The translations under genes were made by a program, and so were the position numbers. A DNA stretch of 64,000 bases from Octopus sinensis. Lineage: Eukaryota. The notes beneath the pieces were generated by a model. It saw only the letters and a list, made by a program, of their open reading frames with translations. It did not search any database and was not told the DNA's origin. The stretch spans positions 71,486,001-71,550,000 of the forward strand of contig NC_042999.1 in the NCBI RefSeq assembly GCF_006345805.1. The letters are read 5' to 3'. The first letter of the stretch is position 1, and every line of letters begins with the position of its first letter. Shown here one piece after another: positions 25,150-38,429 of this stretch.

Positions 25150-25570
25150 GGAGAATTCACGGAAAAAACAAAAGACGAAGACAGGTGGTGTAGAAAGCAA
25201 ACAGATGTATTAGTATATCGCTCGGGAATTGAAAAAGTATGTAATGGTTCGAGCCTACACTCTTCTACAGAAAGGAACACAGAAAGAAACAAGGAGAGAA
25301 ACAAAGAGAGAAAACGCTCGGGATTTGAAAAGTCTTTAACGTTTCGAGCCTAAATTTTTCCACAGATATATATATATATATATATATATATATCTATGGT
25401 TGGAATTTACAAAAATAGAAAAACAAAAAAAGGCGAACACAGGTGTGTAAACTACAAACATGTGTATTAGTTTAACGCTTGGGAAGGTGAGAAATTATTT
25501 TACGTTTCGAGCCTACGCCCTTCAACAGAAAGAGATACAAGAAAATGAACACCGAAAGAATAAAAAAGAA
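25148..25570 (-). mobile_element. Cluster of three partial family A PLE-terminal-like repeats
   Basis: Hammerhead-like remnants at about 25241-25275, 25330-25352 and 25497-25532 (last: CUGUUGA-A-GGGC-GUAG-GCUC-GAAA-CGUA). Confidence 0.7.
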
Positions 25571-25748
25571 AACACTCGAATACATTTGCATCAAATACCA
25601 CACTACATAGTTTTGATATATTAAAACACTCTTCGCCTTCACAGTTACCAGATGGCAACATAAAACAACTTCACCTTTTGGAAAGGAAGATATTTCCATG
25701 CAAAAAATATTAACGACAAAGGCGTTATTCATACCGAAAGGTAATATT

Positions 25749-26077
25749 TATCTCCGCTTAAACGGGGATGTACTATTAGAACAGACTGTACTAGAGAAAA
25801 TCTCAGTTTGTATTTTTCTCGTGCAAAATGCAATCTAATTTATAATGCTAGCGGGGGATGTAAATCCCCGCCACTTCCAGTGCTGAGACTACCAGAAAAC
25901 GCGATTTCAACTATAGTCTTGTCAATGATAGATACTCAGCCATTAAAGATAGCAAGGATTCATCTCCCCGCTAGAGTGTATTTTGCACCGAAAAACGCAA
26001 AGAGTATGAGATTTCTCTCATGGTAACTACCGCCGTATAGTTTCTTCTAATACAGCATCCACGTTTAAACGGGGATA
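25749..26077. mobile_element. Fold-back / MITE-like element with long imperfect TIRs
   Basis: TATCTCCGCTTAAACGGGGATG...GAGAAAATCTCA mirrors TGAGATTTCTCTC...CATCCACGTTTAAACGGGGATA. The inner GTGCAAAAT and CTAGCGGGG segments are also mirrored. Confidence 0.7.
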
Positions 26078-26431
26078 GCTTACGGTATTTACAAGAATCA
26101 CGAATTCTCCAGGGACGATATACTGGTAAAGAAAACTATGGACTTATCGTCTAGAGAATGGGGACGTTCACATGAAGAAGACTTCTATAAGGAATAGAAA
26201 CAGAATGTATTTTAATTCTGGAATAAGCATCAAATCAGTAACACCAAATAAGCATTGCCAAAACGTTTCATACCTTCTATTATATATTTTTTTCTAAGAA
26301 GTACGGTTCACAGAGCAAGATATGAGAGATCTCAGTAATCAAAGGAGTAGAAAGTATAGAATTATCAGTTGAACAATCGTTTCGTCTTATTCTATATGTA
26401 CACACACACATGTAATACTTGTATATATATA

Positions 26432-26469
<38 letters not shown>

Positions 26470-26635
26470 ATTATATATATAATATATATATATATCTGTT
26501 TGTGTGTGCGTGTATACATGTGTATGTGATTGTATGCATTTGTATATATGTATACACACATACACACACACACGCACACACACACACACAAATAGTATAT
26601 ATATATATTATATATATATATATATATATAGTATA

Positions 26636-26677
<42 letters not shown>

Positions 26678-26999
26678 TATATATTGGTTTTATTTGGGTC
26701 TTGAAGAGTTCGGTTAACGAACGAAAGCACTAATAATGAATTACCAAAAATTCTGACAACCTATTTTTTCTCAATATACAATATCTGTGCGACACTTCAA
26801 ACACTATATACATACATACAGAAATACACACACACATACATACACACACACATATGCTTTCGGTGCAGATAGTTTTTTATACGGCGCTGTTTTTACCATC
26901 CTGTAAATAATAATAATGGTGTTTTTATATAATCTCAAAGCTTTTGGCGATCACCTTGCAATGACTAAGAAAAACAGTCTAATAAAGGGCATATAAGCT

Positions 27000-27220
27000 T
27001 TCAACAGAAAAAAGAGTCGACCCCAGTTTTATAAAACTCCGGTACTTATTCTGTCAGTGTCTTTTGCCGAACCGCAAAACTACGGAAACATAGATGCACT
27101 ATAGCCGATTGTCTAGCGGTCGTGACACACACGCACACACACATGATAATCTTCTTTCAGGTTCCGTCTGCTAATTGCACTTACAAAAACTTTGCTCGGC
27201 CCGAGGCTTTAGTAGTAGAC
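27000..27220 (-). mobile_element. Degenerate SINE family 3
   Basis: GTACTTATTCTGTCAGTGTCTTTTGCCGAACCG and CTTTCAGGTTCCGTCT...CGGCCCGAGGC match other family 3 copies. Confidence 0.65.
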
Positions 27221-27957
27221 GTTTGCCAAAAAACATCGATATTTCTGTCTTTTTTGTCTTTACTTTGTTGATAATTATTTATGTAAAAGCGGTTTTAACA
27301 GTAATAAAAGACTGTCTCAAGGATTCTGTTTTGTACTGTAGCCTGTTTTAATCAATAAAACATTGCTTTTAGGAGTCTATTAACAACACTACATTATATA
27401 CCTACGTTACATCTGTGTTAGTCAAACGTTTAACGACTTTATATCGAAAACTATCTGAGAAATAAATCTTGAACAGCGATAGAAATACAAATTTTGACTG
27501 TTTTTATTCGAAAATTTCCCAATAAGAATTCTTAATTTCCTGATCATTACATTTCTGATACCATACTCAAGAACTCTTGATAATTCGTTCGTTTTGCATA
27601 GTATTTGTATATTATCGACCAAATTTCCAAATTAAAATAACGGAGACACACACACACACATACACACACACACACACACGAACACAGGCACGCACACACA
27701 TATATTATTTTTTATTTGGTGCAGCTCGAGATTTATAGCACGTATCAACTTTTTGTTTGGCAAAAACTTCTAAATACATTACCTGTATGTACGTACATAT
27801 ATACTTATATACACGCATACAAATTTACATGTATACATACATACATACATACATACATACATACATACATACATACATACATACATACATACATACATAC
27901 ATACTTCCATACATACATACATACATACATACATACATACGTATATACATACATACA

Positions 27958-28100
27958 TCTGATGAGGAATGTTACAAGTATCTAGGGGGTTGATGAAAAC
28001 ACATCTGACAATGACACCTGTAACAAAATGTGTGTCACTAAAGAATATTAAATCCGAATAAAGAAAATGTGGACCTCAGAACTCTCTACATTCAACAAAA
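27958..28100 (+). mobile_element. R4/Dong-type RT C-terminal fragment
   Basis: EECYKYLGVDEN...VTKEY*IRIKKMWTSELSTFNK resembles the YKYLG...E..R.KKIWKSELS..NK region of R4-type elements. Confidence 0.6.
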
Positions 28101-28300
28101 GAGTGGCCCACATGTGTATGCAGACCACCTCCCCTCTCTGGGATGAAGTTAAAATAATAGACAGAGAACACCACTGAAAAATAGGAAAACTAAAAGAAGC
28201 AGCACATATGCTAGGACACAACAACCTCCTAAGCAGATCGAATGCAGATATGAACAGCATATGGGAATCGGTATTAAGGAAGGACAGGAAAATATTAGAT
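28100..28300 (+). mobile_element. Penelope-like GIY-YIG endonuclease C-terminal fragment
   Basis: PLWDEVKIIDREHH*KIGKLKEAAHMLGHNNLLSR...MNSIW resembles the PLE pattern W....II..E.....R.LKEA..I. Confidence 0.7.
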
Positions 28301-29448
28301 TTATAAGCCCTAAAATTCACTCCATAATTGCTCACCGGCATATGGGGTAGTGGTTTAGAGCGCAGGCTACTAACCCCCAGGTACCATGCTAAAATTTGTT
28401 TCTCTTGGAACTCTCCTAATATTTTTCTCTCTCCTGTATTTTGTCTAACATTACTGTTACTCTGTTGCTAAACAAACACCAGTGAGTTGTAAAAGCCAAT
28501 CGATATATACGACTACAAGAACCCGGACGCAAAATAATTTTACTTCCCAAGGCTTCGTTATTAGGTAGTATAATTATATCGCTGCTTGGCGTGTCTTAAC
28601 CCCTCCACGCCTTCAAATTTGACATTTAAACTTTAGATATAACGCTAGTGACTTAATTTGAACTTTTCATCTTTGGGTTGGCTGTTGGGCGAATTATAGA
28701 TTAAACACGTTTACAGAAATAACTTTTACCCTGAGTCAAAAGATATCATAGAAATTTATAGAAAAAATCTTTAATAGAAGGAATTTCAGTGCACACTGAC
28801 ACAAAATTGCTTGTTTGTTAGTTCTACAATATAATGGAGTATTTGGCTTTGGGATAAATGTTTACCTAGAACTAGGAAGAAATTAAATGGAACTGTATTA
28901 TATTTTTCAATGTCTGCTAGGTTGTGATTGTGAATGAAAATAATTATGTTTGATATATGTGCGTACCTGTATTTCTCGAAGAAATATCAAATATACTGGA
29001 AATAAGAGAATAGATATAGGTTAAATATTACCGAAAAAATTATCTTATTTGTCAATAAATTATAATCCGTTTCGCGAGACTGTGCATCCCATTGAAATAT
29101 GATTTGATTTATAACCTCAAAACAAGCTATATTTCATCACTCTCAATAAATAAATAGATCTGTGGATTTGCTAAGAGCACTATATCTTCACATTCTCAAC
29201 ATGATTTGTTGCTGCAAATGTAATATATAATGATTGCATATCGAATTGCGTATGACATGCGAAAATTCATTATTGTCATGCAGAATTATACTGTCTGTGA
29301 AATACGCAGCTACATATAACGTATGTAGTTGAGTATTCCTGATATTTAAACTGCAGGTTATAGTTCTCAAGCGATGATTGGAAGACAAACAGACACAAAG
29401 TCACACACACATACACACACACGCGCACACACACGCGCACACACACAG

Positions 29449-29520
<72 letters not shown>

Positions 29521-29808
29521 TCATATCAAAGGGAAATGGAAATTAATAGAAATTTTCGCTTACTGTAGCCTAGCGTGTAAACGTTTAGTCCAAAAGACTA
29601 TGTATTAGTCATAAAATACAGTGTACATTTAAACACATAAGGAATCGACTCATGGGATTCAACACGCTAGAAAGAACAGCTAGATTCTATAACCACAAAA
29701 TTAGGGATAAAATTCGACAGGAATTAAATGAAAAAATAAAAACATTTTACCATCCCTCTCTCTCTCTCTCTCTCTCTGTATGAATATATATATATATATA
29801 TATATATA

Positions 29809-29858
29809 TACTAGCATTAAAGACCCGTCGTTGCCGAGTCATAGTACTAGTGCATGTA

Positions 29859-29894
<36 letters not shown>

Positions 29895-31035
29895 CATATT
29901 ACATGTACATCTATATATGTATACATCTACACATAAAATACAAAATACAAAGTTATATCTTGATATCGCTAGTGATAACAATACTCAAAATATATAACAG
30001 ACTGGAATTGTTAGCCCGTTTCTTGTAATTTCTATCAATTGTATCTTATCCTCTCTCTTGTATAGAAGTGTGGCTACAATCCAGCCTACCTCTACTTCTA
30101 GGGGGGGGGCATTAAAATATTTTTCTCCGGGATGTCCTACGTCCCAGATACAAGGGTAAAAATAAAATATTTCCACTTTGCAAGTTCGAGTCGACTACTC
30201 CCTTGCACGCTCCGTTGACTCGAACCTTGCTACTAATGTGGCGAATTTACCGCCTCTGATTAGATACCTTTCATAGTCGCACCAAGACACTTTTCGAAGG
30301 TGCTTTCCTCCATTTGTTCAAATCTTCTTTTTTCTCTACATTGTATGCTTTATAGACAATAGTCTTTTCTTTAATTTAATTTGTTATTATCCATCTGCAC
30401 TATTCCATTTCTGCACGCTAATTTTATTTTCAATTTATTCCCATTCACGTGAAACCACTTATTCAAGCTCAAGTCATTGATGCAATTTTATACCAATTGC
30501 TATTTTTACTTTTGTTTTATGTTACGATTATATTATACTTTAGTTTGATTTTAATTATTACTTACTACATATAATTCAATTGTTATTATTATTTTTATTG
30601 TTAAGTGAAAATATCTGACATAAAATAGAGAAACGTTTTTGTTTCACTTTTAACACGTAATACTGAAATAGTGGAGAAGATATGATATTGCTATGGGCTC
30701 GCTCTAGGCAAGAAGTTGAACATTTTTTCCCATGAAACTACATGGACCCTAAATAAGGCATGTGTAAAATTTGAATGGAATTGGTTGTGTAGTTCTCAAG
30801 TTTTAGGGAATCGTAGTGGAGAAGATATGATATTGCTATGGGCTCGCCCTATAGCAGAAAGTTCAAAATTGTTTTTGCCGATGACACTCCCCGGACCCTT
30901 AGTGAGGCATGTGTAAAATTTGAATGAAATTGGTTGTGTAGTTCTCAAGTTTTAGGGAAACACACAGACAGACAGACAGACATACAGACAGACAGACAGA
31001 CAGACACACATTGTCAGTTTTCTATATATAAAGAT
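29809..31035 (+). mobile_element. Second DINE-1/HINE-like Helitron derivative with an internal tandem duplication
   Basis: Starts TACTAGCATTAAAGACCCGTCGTTGCCG. Two about 145-149-bp tandem units (30671-30810, 30816-30959) are followed by (CAGA)n and TCTATATATAAAGAT. Confidence 0.65.
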
Positions 31036-31044
31036 ATATATATA

Positions 31045-31190
31045 TATGCGACAGGCATATTTCAGTTTCCGTCTATCATTTCCACACTCACAATATTGGC
31101 CCGAAGCTACAGTAGAACACACTTGCACAAGATACCTCTCAGTGGAACTGAACCCAGAACCATGTGCTTGAGAGGCAAGTTTCTTACCAC
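31045..31190 (-). mobile_element. SINE family 3, 5' half
   Basis: TTCAGTTTCCGTCTA...CACTTGCACAAG...GTGGAACTGAACCCAGAACCATGTG. Confidence 0.75.
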
Positions 31191-31413
31191 ACATATCTGT
31201 ATATACATAGTATGTATGTATGTATGTATGTATGTATGTATGTATGTATGTATGTATGTATGTATGTATGTATCTCTATCTATCTATTTATCTATCAATC
31301 TATCGAGGAATATACGTACATATTTATACATTCTGACTGAGTCTTTCATGCGTTAACATGTACATATTTATGCTGTATATATATATAGATATATTATTAT
31401 ACACATGCTGGTG

Positions 31414-31462
<49 letters not shown>

Positions 31463-33381
31463 ACCTACACATTCCATTGCAGAGAAATAGATTTTTCGAT
31501 AAGTATTTCGGGTACACACACTTAATTCAAAAACACCGTGTATCATATTAGCGGGGTTGTTTTATGCCTAAAATATTTCTAGTTATTATTGGCTATCTGA
31601 GTAATTTTTAGAACAGGTTATTGTAATTATGTCTTGACAAACTAGAAACTAAAAAGATATACTTAACACATTTCGTTTTACTATATAATATATATATTTA
31701 CTATATAAAAATAAACGTAACTTTGAAATTCTTTAAATATAACCTTTCAATGTTTCATGGTGCTTCACATTTGTTTTACATATTCTCGAATTAAGCATCT
31801 TGTTTAAAATCCTAATGTTGTCATATGACTTTTGGCAATCACAAATTTTGGGGTGGAATTCTCCTTAATCTTTACCCATGTTCATCCTCTGAATATAGCT
31901 AATTACATTTGGTACTACATTCATGGGATTTCTCGTATTGCATTGAAAAATACAATACCTACCCTGCGACCTAATACATGTCAATAATTGTTTTGTAAAA
32001 ATCCCGCGAAACAGAAACTTAGTTTAATATTGGAATACTGAAACAAGTTGCTGCCGTTATGCATAATGGGAATTGTTGGGCATGTAAAGCACTATACTCT
32101 ATTATTCCTCGAATAACACTTTTAATAAGAGCTGACAGGAGGGTTGAACCAAAACATATTTCATCGCAACCCTATCACAAGGCAAAAATAGATTCTCAAT
32201 TCTTTTAAATATCTTAGTTAGGAGAGTAGAGGAATAGCCTTCACTTTTGTAGATTCTCCAAAATCTATGACCTGAGTGTAGTTTATGATCAGTTTGAATT
32301 TCAACAGATTGAACAAACCAAATGAAAAAGTGGGCTACTGGGTAGTTTAGGATATGTAGTTCGAATAAAAAGGGAAATGGTTAAGTAGAGCTTCGGCCGA
32401 GATACACTATACGCTGCATATGATAACTGATTTAATTCAACACCTGGCTGATTGGAGAGGTCGGTGGAATTCATTCTATAACCAGAATTCTTCAGCGGTT
32501 CTACCTCAGGCTTTCTTTCACCGTTCAGGCGTCCGATTGCGATGTAGTGTCAATCTTAGTGCCTGTAAGCTGATAGCATTACCGTATCGTAATGAACTAA
32601 GAGACAGAAATTGATAAAGAACAAGCTGAAGAGTTGTCGAGTCATCGAACCTTGTTTCCCAATTGCGAGAAGAGAATTTGAGAAATTTGTTAACGGTAGA
32701 GATATTATAGAAAAACTCTCTACGCTGGAAGAGGATCCGAACCCGACGAAACTGATGTCGGATACCATTGTACATTTATTTCGGAAAAGCCATTTTGAGA
32801 AAGCAGGAGGAATAATAAAATAAAATGCAGATTTTGTGGAAGTTTGCGCTCAATTTAAAGAGAATTTCTTCAGATGATTAATAACCACCTTTTGTAAACA
32901 TGCAGAGAAGCCCTGTTTGGCTGCCTGATAGCAATTTTGTCATAGGTATAAAAGACCAAAAATAATTCATATAAAATCGGCTAATTTTTTTTATGCACGT
33001 CCTTTCCATATTTTTCGAAGATGGATAATTAACAAAAGTCAGTAAAAAGAACGTAAATGGTAAAAATGGTAAAAATAGGATAGCAGCATCTTTTTATGGA
33101 ATATTCAGGAGAATTCAATTAGAAATAATGTTTTCCGATTACTGGTTTTATAGAATTATATAAAGGCCAAAACCCTACTCATATATATATATATATCTGT
33201 GTGTGTGTGTGCGTGTGAGTGCATGTGCGTGTGTGTGTAAGTGTATATATGCACACATGCATATGTGTATATATATACATATGTACATACATATATGCAT
33301 ATATATATATACATGCATATATAATATATGTATATATATATATATATTATATATATATAATATATATATATATATATTATA

Positions 33382-33424
<43 letters not shown>

Positions 33425-34194
33425 TTATATTTCGTTCTCATAAACTTTAATTCGTATCTGAAGCGTGCACATATTTTACATTTTTGTGAGAAACGCAAAA
33501 TCCTCATACTGTTTCTCTCACATTGTAAAATAGTTTCAAGAACTGAAGTTGCTGACAGTTAACATAGTATTATTAAAATCGATAACGTATGCTAAAATAA
33601 TGGATCTGCTTCATTTCCTCAGGAAATCAAGTAAATGTAATACGAAAGTAAAATTATAAAAACAAGCATTCATTATTCAGATGAAAGGAATAAGAAAGAA
33701 AGTGACAAAGGTTTGTATGTTATAGAAGTGGATTTTTGAATAAAAATTTAAGAAAATAAGCGTTTTCCTTCGTACTGGAGCTATATTAAGTTGAATAAGG
33801 TTCGTTCAGGATATTCTGCATTTTTAATTCTGCTTTCCTTTTTGTAATATTCTGCAAGCATGTATACACACGTACGCACGCATACATGTACTCACATACA
33901 TATGCATATACCAACACTCCCAAATACACAACACAGGTATGTTGGCGTGTGAGTGTTTTTAAGAGTGTGTGTGTCTGTGTGCTAGCGTGTACTATATAAG
34001 ATGAATAGCTATTAGTCTATCCTTGCCATCATTTTTGAGTAATATATATACATTTCTCCCGTGGTAATTGAAAAGCAGTTTATTATATCCTTTTCATTAA
34101 CACGGAGAATTTATTTGAACTTAATCCCATTTCTTTAAATATAACGGAAAAAAGTATCACCCTCGCTTATAATATCATAATTTAGCCTGCAGTA

Positions 34195-34395
34195 ATGCAT
34201 TGTACTTCACTTTTTCTCATTTTTTTGTTGATCACGTTTGTCCTCCAACTCATATCGTCAAATTTTGCAGAGTATAATAAAATGAATGCCGATTTCTTTA
34301 ACTATCAACCCATTCAAATGTTCATTCAAAATTTTGAAGAAAAATATGCTCAACTATATAGGAAAGGGGCGAATACGAAAGCAGTAGGAAGATGA
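34195..34395 (+). CDS. Hypothetical 66-aa secreted-peptide-like ORF (unvalidated)
   Basis: Hydrophobic N-terminus MHCTSLFLIFLLITFVLQLISS, an internal RK site and a C-terminal GR. No homology recognised. Confidence 0.2.
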   Translation: MHCTSLFLIFLLITFVLQLISSNFAEYNKMNADFFNYQPIQMFIQNFEEKYAQLYRKGANTKAVGR

Positions 34396-34840
34396 GAGTT
34401 AATGATGATTGATGCAAACTTATACAACATCATAGGACACGAAGCAAAGAAAATAGAATGAGTATGAAAATTGAATCGATGATTTACGCGAACTCCACAA
34501 CTAGATGTCATTAAAGAATAATTTATTTACTGGGAATGGATTAATTTTTGGCAGTAAAAATGTCCGCAGAGTACTAAACCCTGAAGTGAAAGAAATTTAT
34601 TCAGTCTTTTAAGAGAATTTTCAAGGCAAAGAAGTTTAAGCTAAAATCATCATATCAGTGAAATTCTTAAATCATATACGAATGATACACACACATGTAT
34701 GATATATACATGTTCACATATGTCTGTATGTGTGTAGTTTTAGGATATTTTCAATGGATAACAACTAACAATTACAGAGATATCAATATTTTAGGTTTTC
34801 AATAATTCGTGTGCGTAAGGCTGACAGAGTAAATATATAC

Positions 34841-34937
<97 letters not shown>

Positions 34938-35233
34938 TACATACATAAATCAAAATAAAGGGAAAAAAGAAACAAATATTTCTTCATTAGCATTTTATCA
35001 TTAATATTAACATATGGAAGGTGATGCGTCTTAAAATACCGTTCACCAGTATGTAATCGATGATCGAATATATCCGAAAACTATTCCCGGAAAGTAAAAT
35101 ATACATATACATAAATATTAATACGTACATGCATACGCTTGTATTACATACAAAGAAACATGAATACCCAACACGCATATACATTATATTTCTCGTTGCT
35201 TCAGTCCACTCAGCTTGGGGAAATAAGTAGTAT

Positions 35234-35414
35234 CTGTATTTCAAAGGGCCAGCCTTGTCACACATAGTGTCACGCTGGATCTCCCCTGGAACTACGTTAA
35301 GGGTACACGTGTCTGTGGACTGCTCAGCCACATGCACGTTAATTTCACGAGTAGGCTGTTCCATTGATTGTATCGATCAACTAGAACCCTCGTCGTCGTA
35401 ACCGACGGAGTGCC
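35234..35414 (+). mobile_element. SINE family 1, 3' half
   Basis: Reverse-complement match to 175-350. Confidence 0.85.
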
Positions 35415-35485
35415 GTTGTTATTTATAAATATATATGTATATATATATGTAGGCATATATATATATATATATATATATATGTAGG

Positions 35486-35537
<52 letters not shown>

Positions 35538-35551
35538 GATATACGTATATG

Positions 35552-35582
<31 letters not shown>

Positions 35583-36109
35583 CGCTCCAATACACCACGA
35601 CGTTTGAACTTTTTGAACTTTTTTGAAATTTCTGTTATTTTTCTTATTCCTTTTTTTCTTATTCTGTTTCCTCATAATGCGTATGTTGTTACTTTGCCTC
35701 TCTCTTTCCCTCTTCCTCTCCCTTTGTTTTCCTTTTCATATTCTCTTCTTATTTTCTTCTCCTTTTCTCTCCGTTTCTTCTTTTTTCCTTTTTCTTTCTC
35801 TTTTGATATTTTTCTTCGCCTGCCTTTTGAATTATCTTATGACGCCTTTTGAATTTTTTGAACTTTTATCCTCCATACCTCATTACTTTGCTTTTGTCTC
35901 TTCCCTTTTCTTCCTCCTTTTTTCAATCATGCTCGATTACAAATCTTTCCTCCTCCACTTTCACTACCGCCTAAAGGAACACCTTTCCACATTTACTTTC
36001 CGCTGCTTTCAACCTTCTATTAATCTTTCCCTTCTAATTTAAAAAAAAAAAAAACACTGTTCTCTAGCCATGTTCTATTGTCACTCGCTGCCTTCACCAC
36101 CGCATCATC

Positions 36110-36570
36110 GGCAAAGGTTTCTGCCTCCATTTCCATCCCACTTTCCACTCCGCTTCATTTATCTTACCCATACCACGTGCTACTTCCTACCGCCTTATGC
36201 ATGCATAATACCGCTAAGCATTTCGCCCGGCGTGCTAACGTTTATGCCAGCTCGCCGCCCTAATTTGATCTCCAAATACCTCGACCGTTTCCTTGCCCCC
36301 TTAGTGGTTTCCTTCCCCTCACACAGCCACGACACTAACGATTCTCTTTGTCTTTTCACCTCTTTCTACTTCCATTCTGGCCCTTCTAAACCCCTCTTCA
36401 TTCTTGATATCAAGAGTCTATATACCACGAAAGACTTCTTGTCCTCAAACACTTCCTAAATCTTCGACCCAACCCCTAACCTGACATGTTCACACTTCTT
36501 CGTCTGTCCGAACTTGTTCTCTCCCTCAACTGCTTCTCGTTCGCGGGGGAATTTTACCAACAGATCCCGG
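36110..36570 (+). mobile_element. Decayed Penelope-like RT fragment, interrupted by a SINE head
   Basis: LISKYLDRFLAPLV..PSH.HDTN...LFILDIKSLYT then LLRLSELVLSLNCFSFAGEFYQQ..GV are typical PLE RT motifs. A family 2 SINE head (minus strand) is inserted at about 36206-36260. Confidence 0.85.
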
Positions 36571-36877
36571 GAGTGACCCTCTTCATCTGACTCCCCTCCT
36601 CTCCTCTCTTCATCTGACACCTACTTGGTCTCTTGGCTCCTATTCACCTCTCCTCTCTTTTCCTCCCTTGCCCTGACACATACTTCCCATCCCACACCGC
36701 CCACTTCTGCTCCCACATAGCATACTCCTACTACCGTACCCTCACCCCAAACCCACATCCCACACAATTCCGCATACACTAGCACTGACAACTTTCCAGC
36801 AACCACACCATCATACACACACCCACACATTACAGACACACACTTTCACACGCACACGTCCATACTTCAAAGTCACC

Positions 36878-37168
36878 AGACCCTGTCCACACGCACACAC
36901 CCACTCTTACATACACATACTTCGTTTTGGGATCACTAATACTTTATTATTTCCCCTTCTTCCTGGCTCTCTTGTTTAACTACCTTTGTCCATCCAGTCG
37001 CCATGATTGACCGCTAACTCGAGACCCTGTCTACACGCACACACCCACTTTTGCATAATCATACACACGCGCAACTTCGTTTTGGGATCACCAATACTTT
37101 ATTATTTCCTCTTCTTCCTGGCTCTCTTGTTTAACTTCCTTTGTCCAGTCAGTCGCCAGGATTGACCG
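36878..37168 (+). repeat. Tandem duplication, period about 144 bp
   Basis: AGACCCTGT...CTTCGTTTTGGGATCAC.AATACTTTATTATTTCC...GATTGACCG at 36878-37013 and 37022-37168. Confidence 0.9.
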
Positions 37169-37216
37169 TTACTTCAAAAGTTTTTTTATTCTCTCTCTGT
37201 TTACTTTTTTGCATTC

Positions 37217-37252
37217 CTTTCTGTTGAAGAGTGTAGGCTCGAAACGTAAAAT
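37217..37252 (+). ncRNA. Minimal hammerhead-like motif (variant core CUGUUGA) in family A repeat 37170-37345
   Basis: UUU-CUGUUGA-A-GAGU-GUAG-GCUC-GAAA-C-GUA-AAA. Type-I order with an ACGU palindromic stem III and only a 3-bp stem I. Confidence 0.5.
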
Positions 37253-37379
37253 ACTTTCTCACCTTCCTGAACTTCGAACTAACACACATGCTTGTTGTTT
37301 TTACACCTGTCTTCGTCTTTTGTTTTCCAGTAAATTTCAACGATATATATATATATACATACATACATACATACATACA

Positions 37380-37496
<117 letters not shown>

Positions 37497-37548
37497 ATAG
37501 ATAGATAGATAGATAGATAGGTAGGTAGGTAGTAGGTAGGTAGGTAGG

Positions 37549-37633
<85 letters not shown>

Positions 37634-38310
37634 GTTCAAAGTTTCGCCAAACTTTACTTATCAAACTGCATTGTAGTAAGAGAAAATATCAATAGAAGTG
37701 CCTTTAAAATGTATAAAGTAAAGGTTGAATCAATTGTAGTGGGCGGAGTAGAACATGCGAAAAGTTTGAAAGTATATAGATATGACGATAATTTGGTTAT
37801 AGTAAATATATAATAAAAGGGTGGAAGAACACAACGATGAATAAAAATGAGATCAAGGTTGATTCAGTGAATGTATATGCAGGAGATATTTAATGTACAA
37901 TAGATTAAACAGATTATTCTAGCGGTTGAACAACATGAAATAACTGTTCGTTGGCAAAACAGGGTATATGTATGTATGTACGCATGTAAGTATGCATGTA
38001 TGTATTATATACTATCATATACATGTGTGTGTGTGTGTGTGTGTATAACATATAGATAGATGTACACGTATATGTGTGAATATCCAGAGAGATAGAGACT
38101 GGAGCAGCGACAGGGAGAGAGGAGACGAGAGAGAACGGGAGAGAGGAAGAAAGACAGAGAGATAACGACTGTAATAGAGGTATAAAGCAAAACAGGACGT
38201 GCTACTTATGAGTACAATATATTTGTGAATTTGGAGCCAAAGTTTACAAGGTTGTATTAGTATTCAGTCTTTCATTATTACTTGTCCGTCAATAAGTGCA
38301 TATATACATG

Positions 38311-38342
<32 letters not shown>

Positions 38343-38398
38343 TGTATGTATGTATGTATGTATGTATGTATGTATGTATGTATGTGTGTATGTGTGTA

Positions 38399-38429
<31 letters not shown>

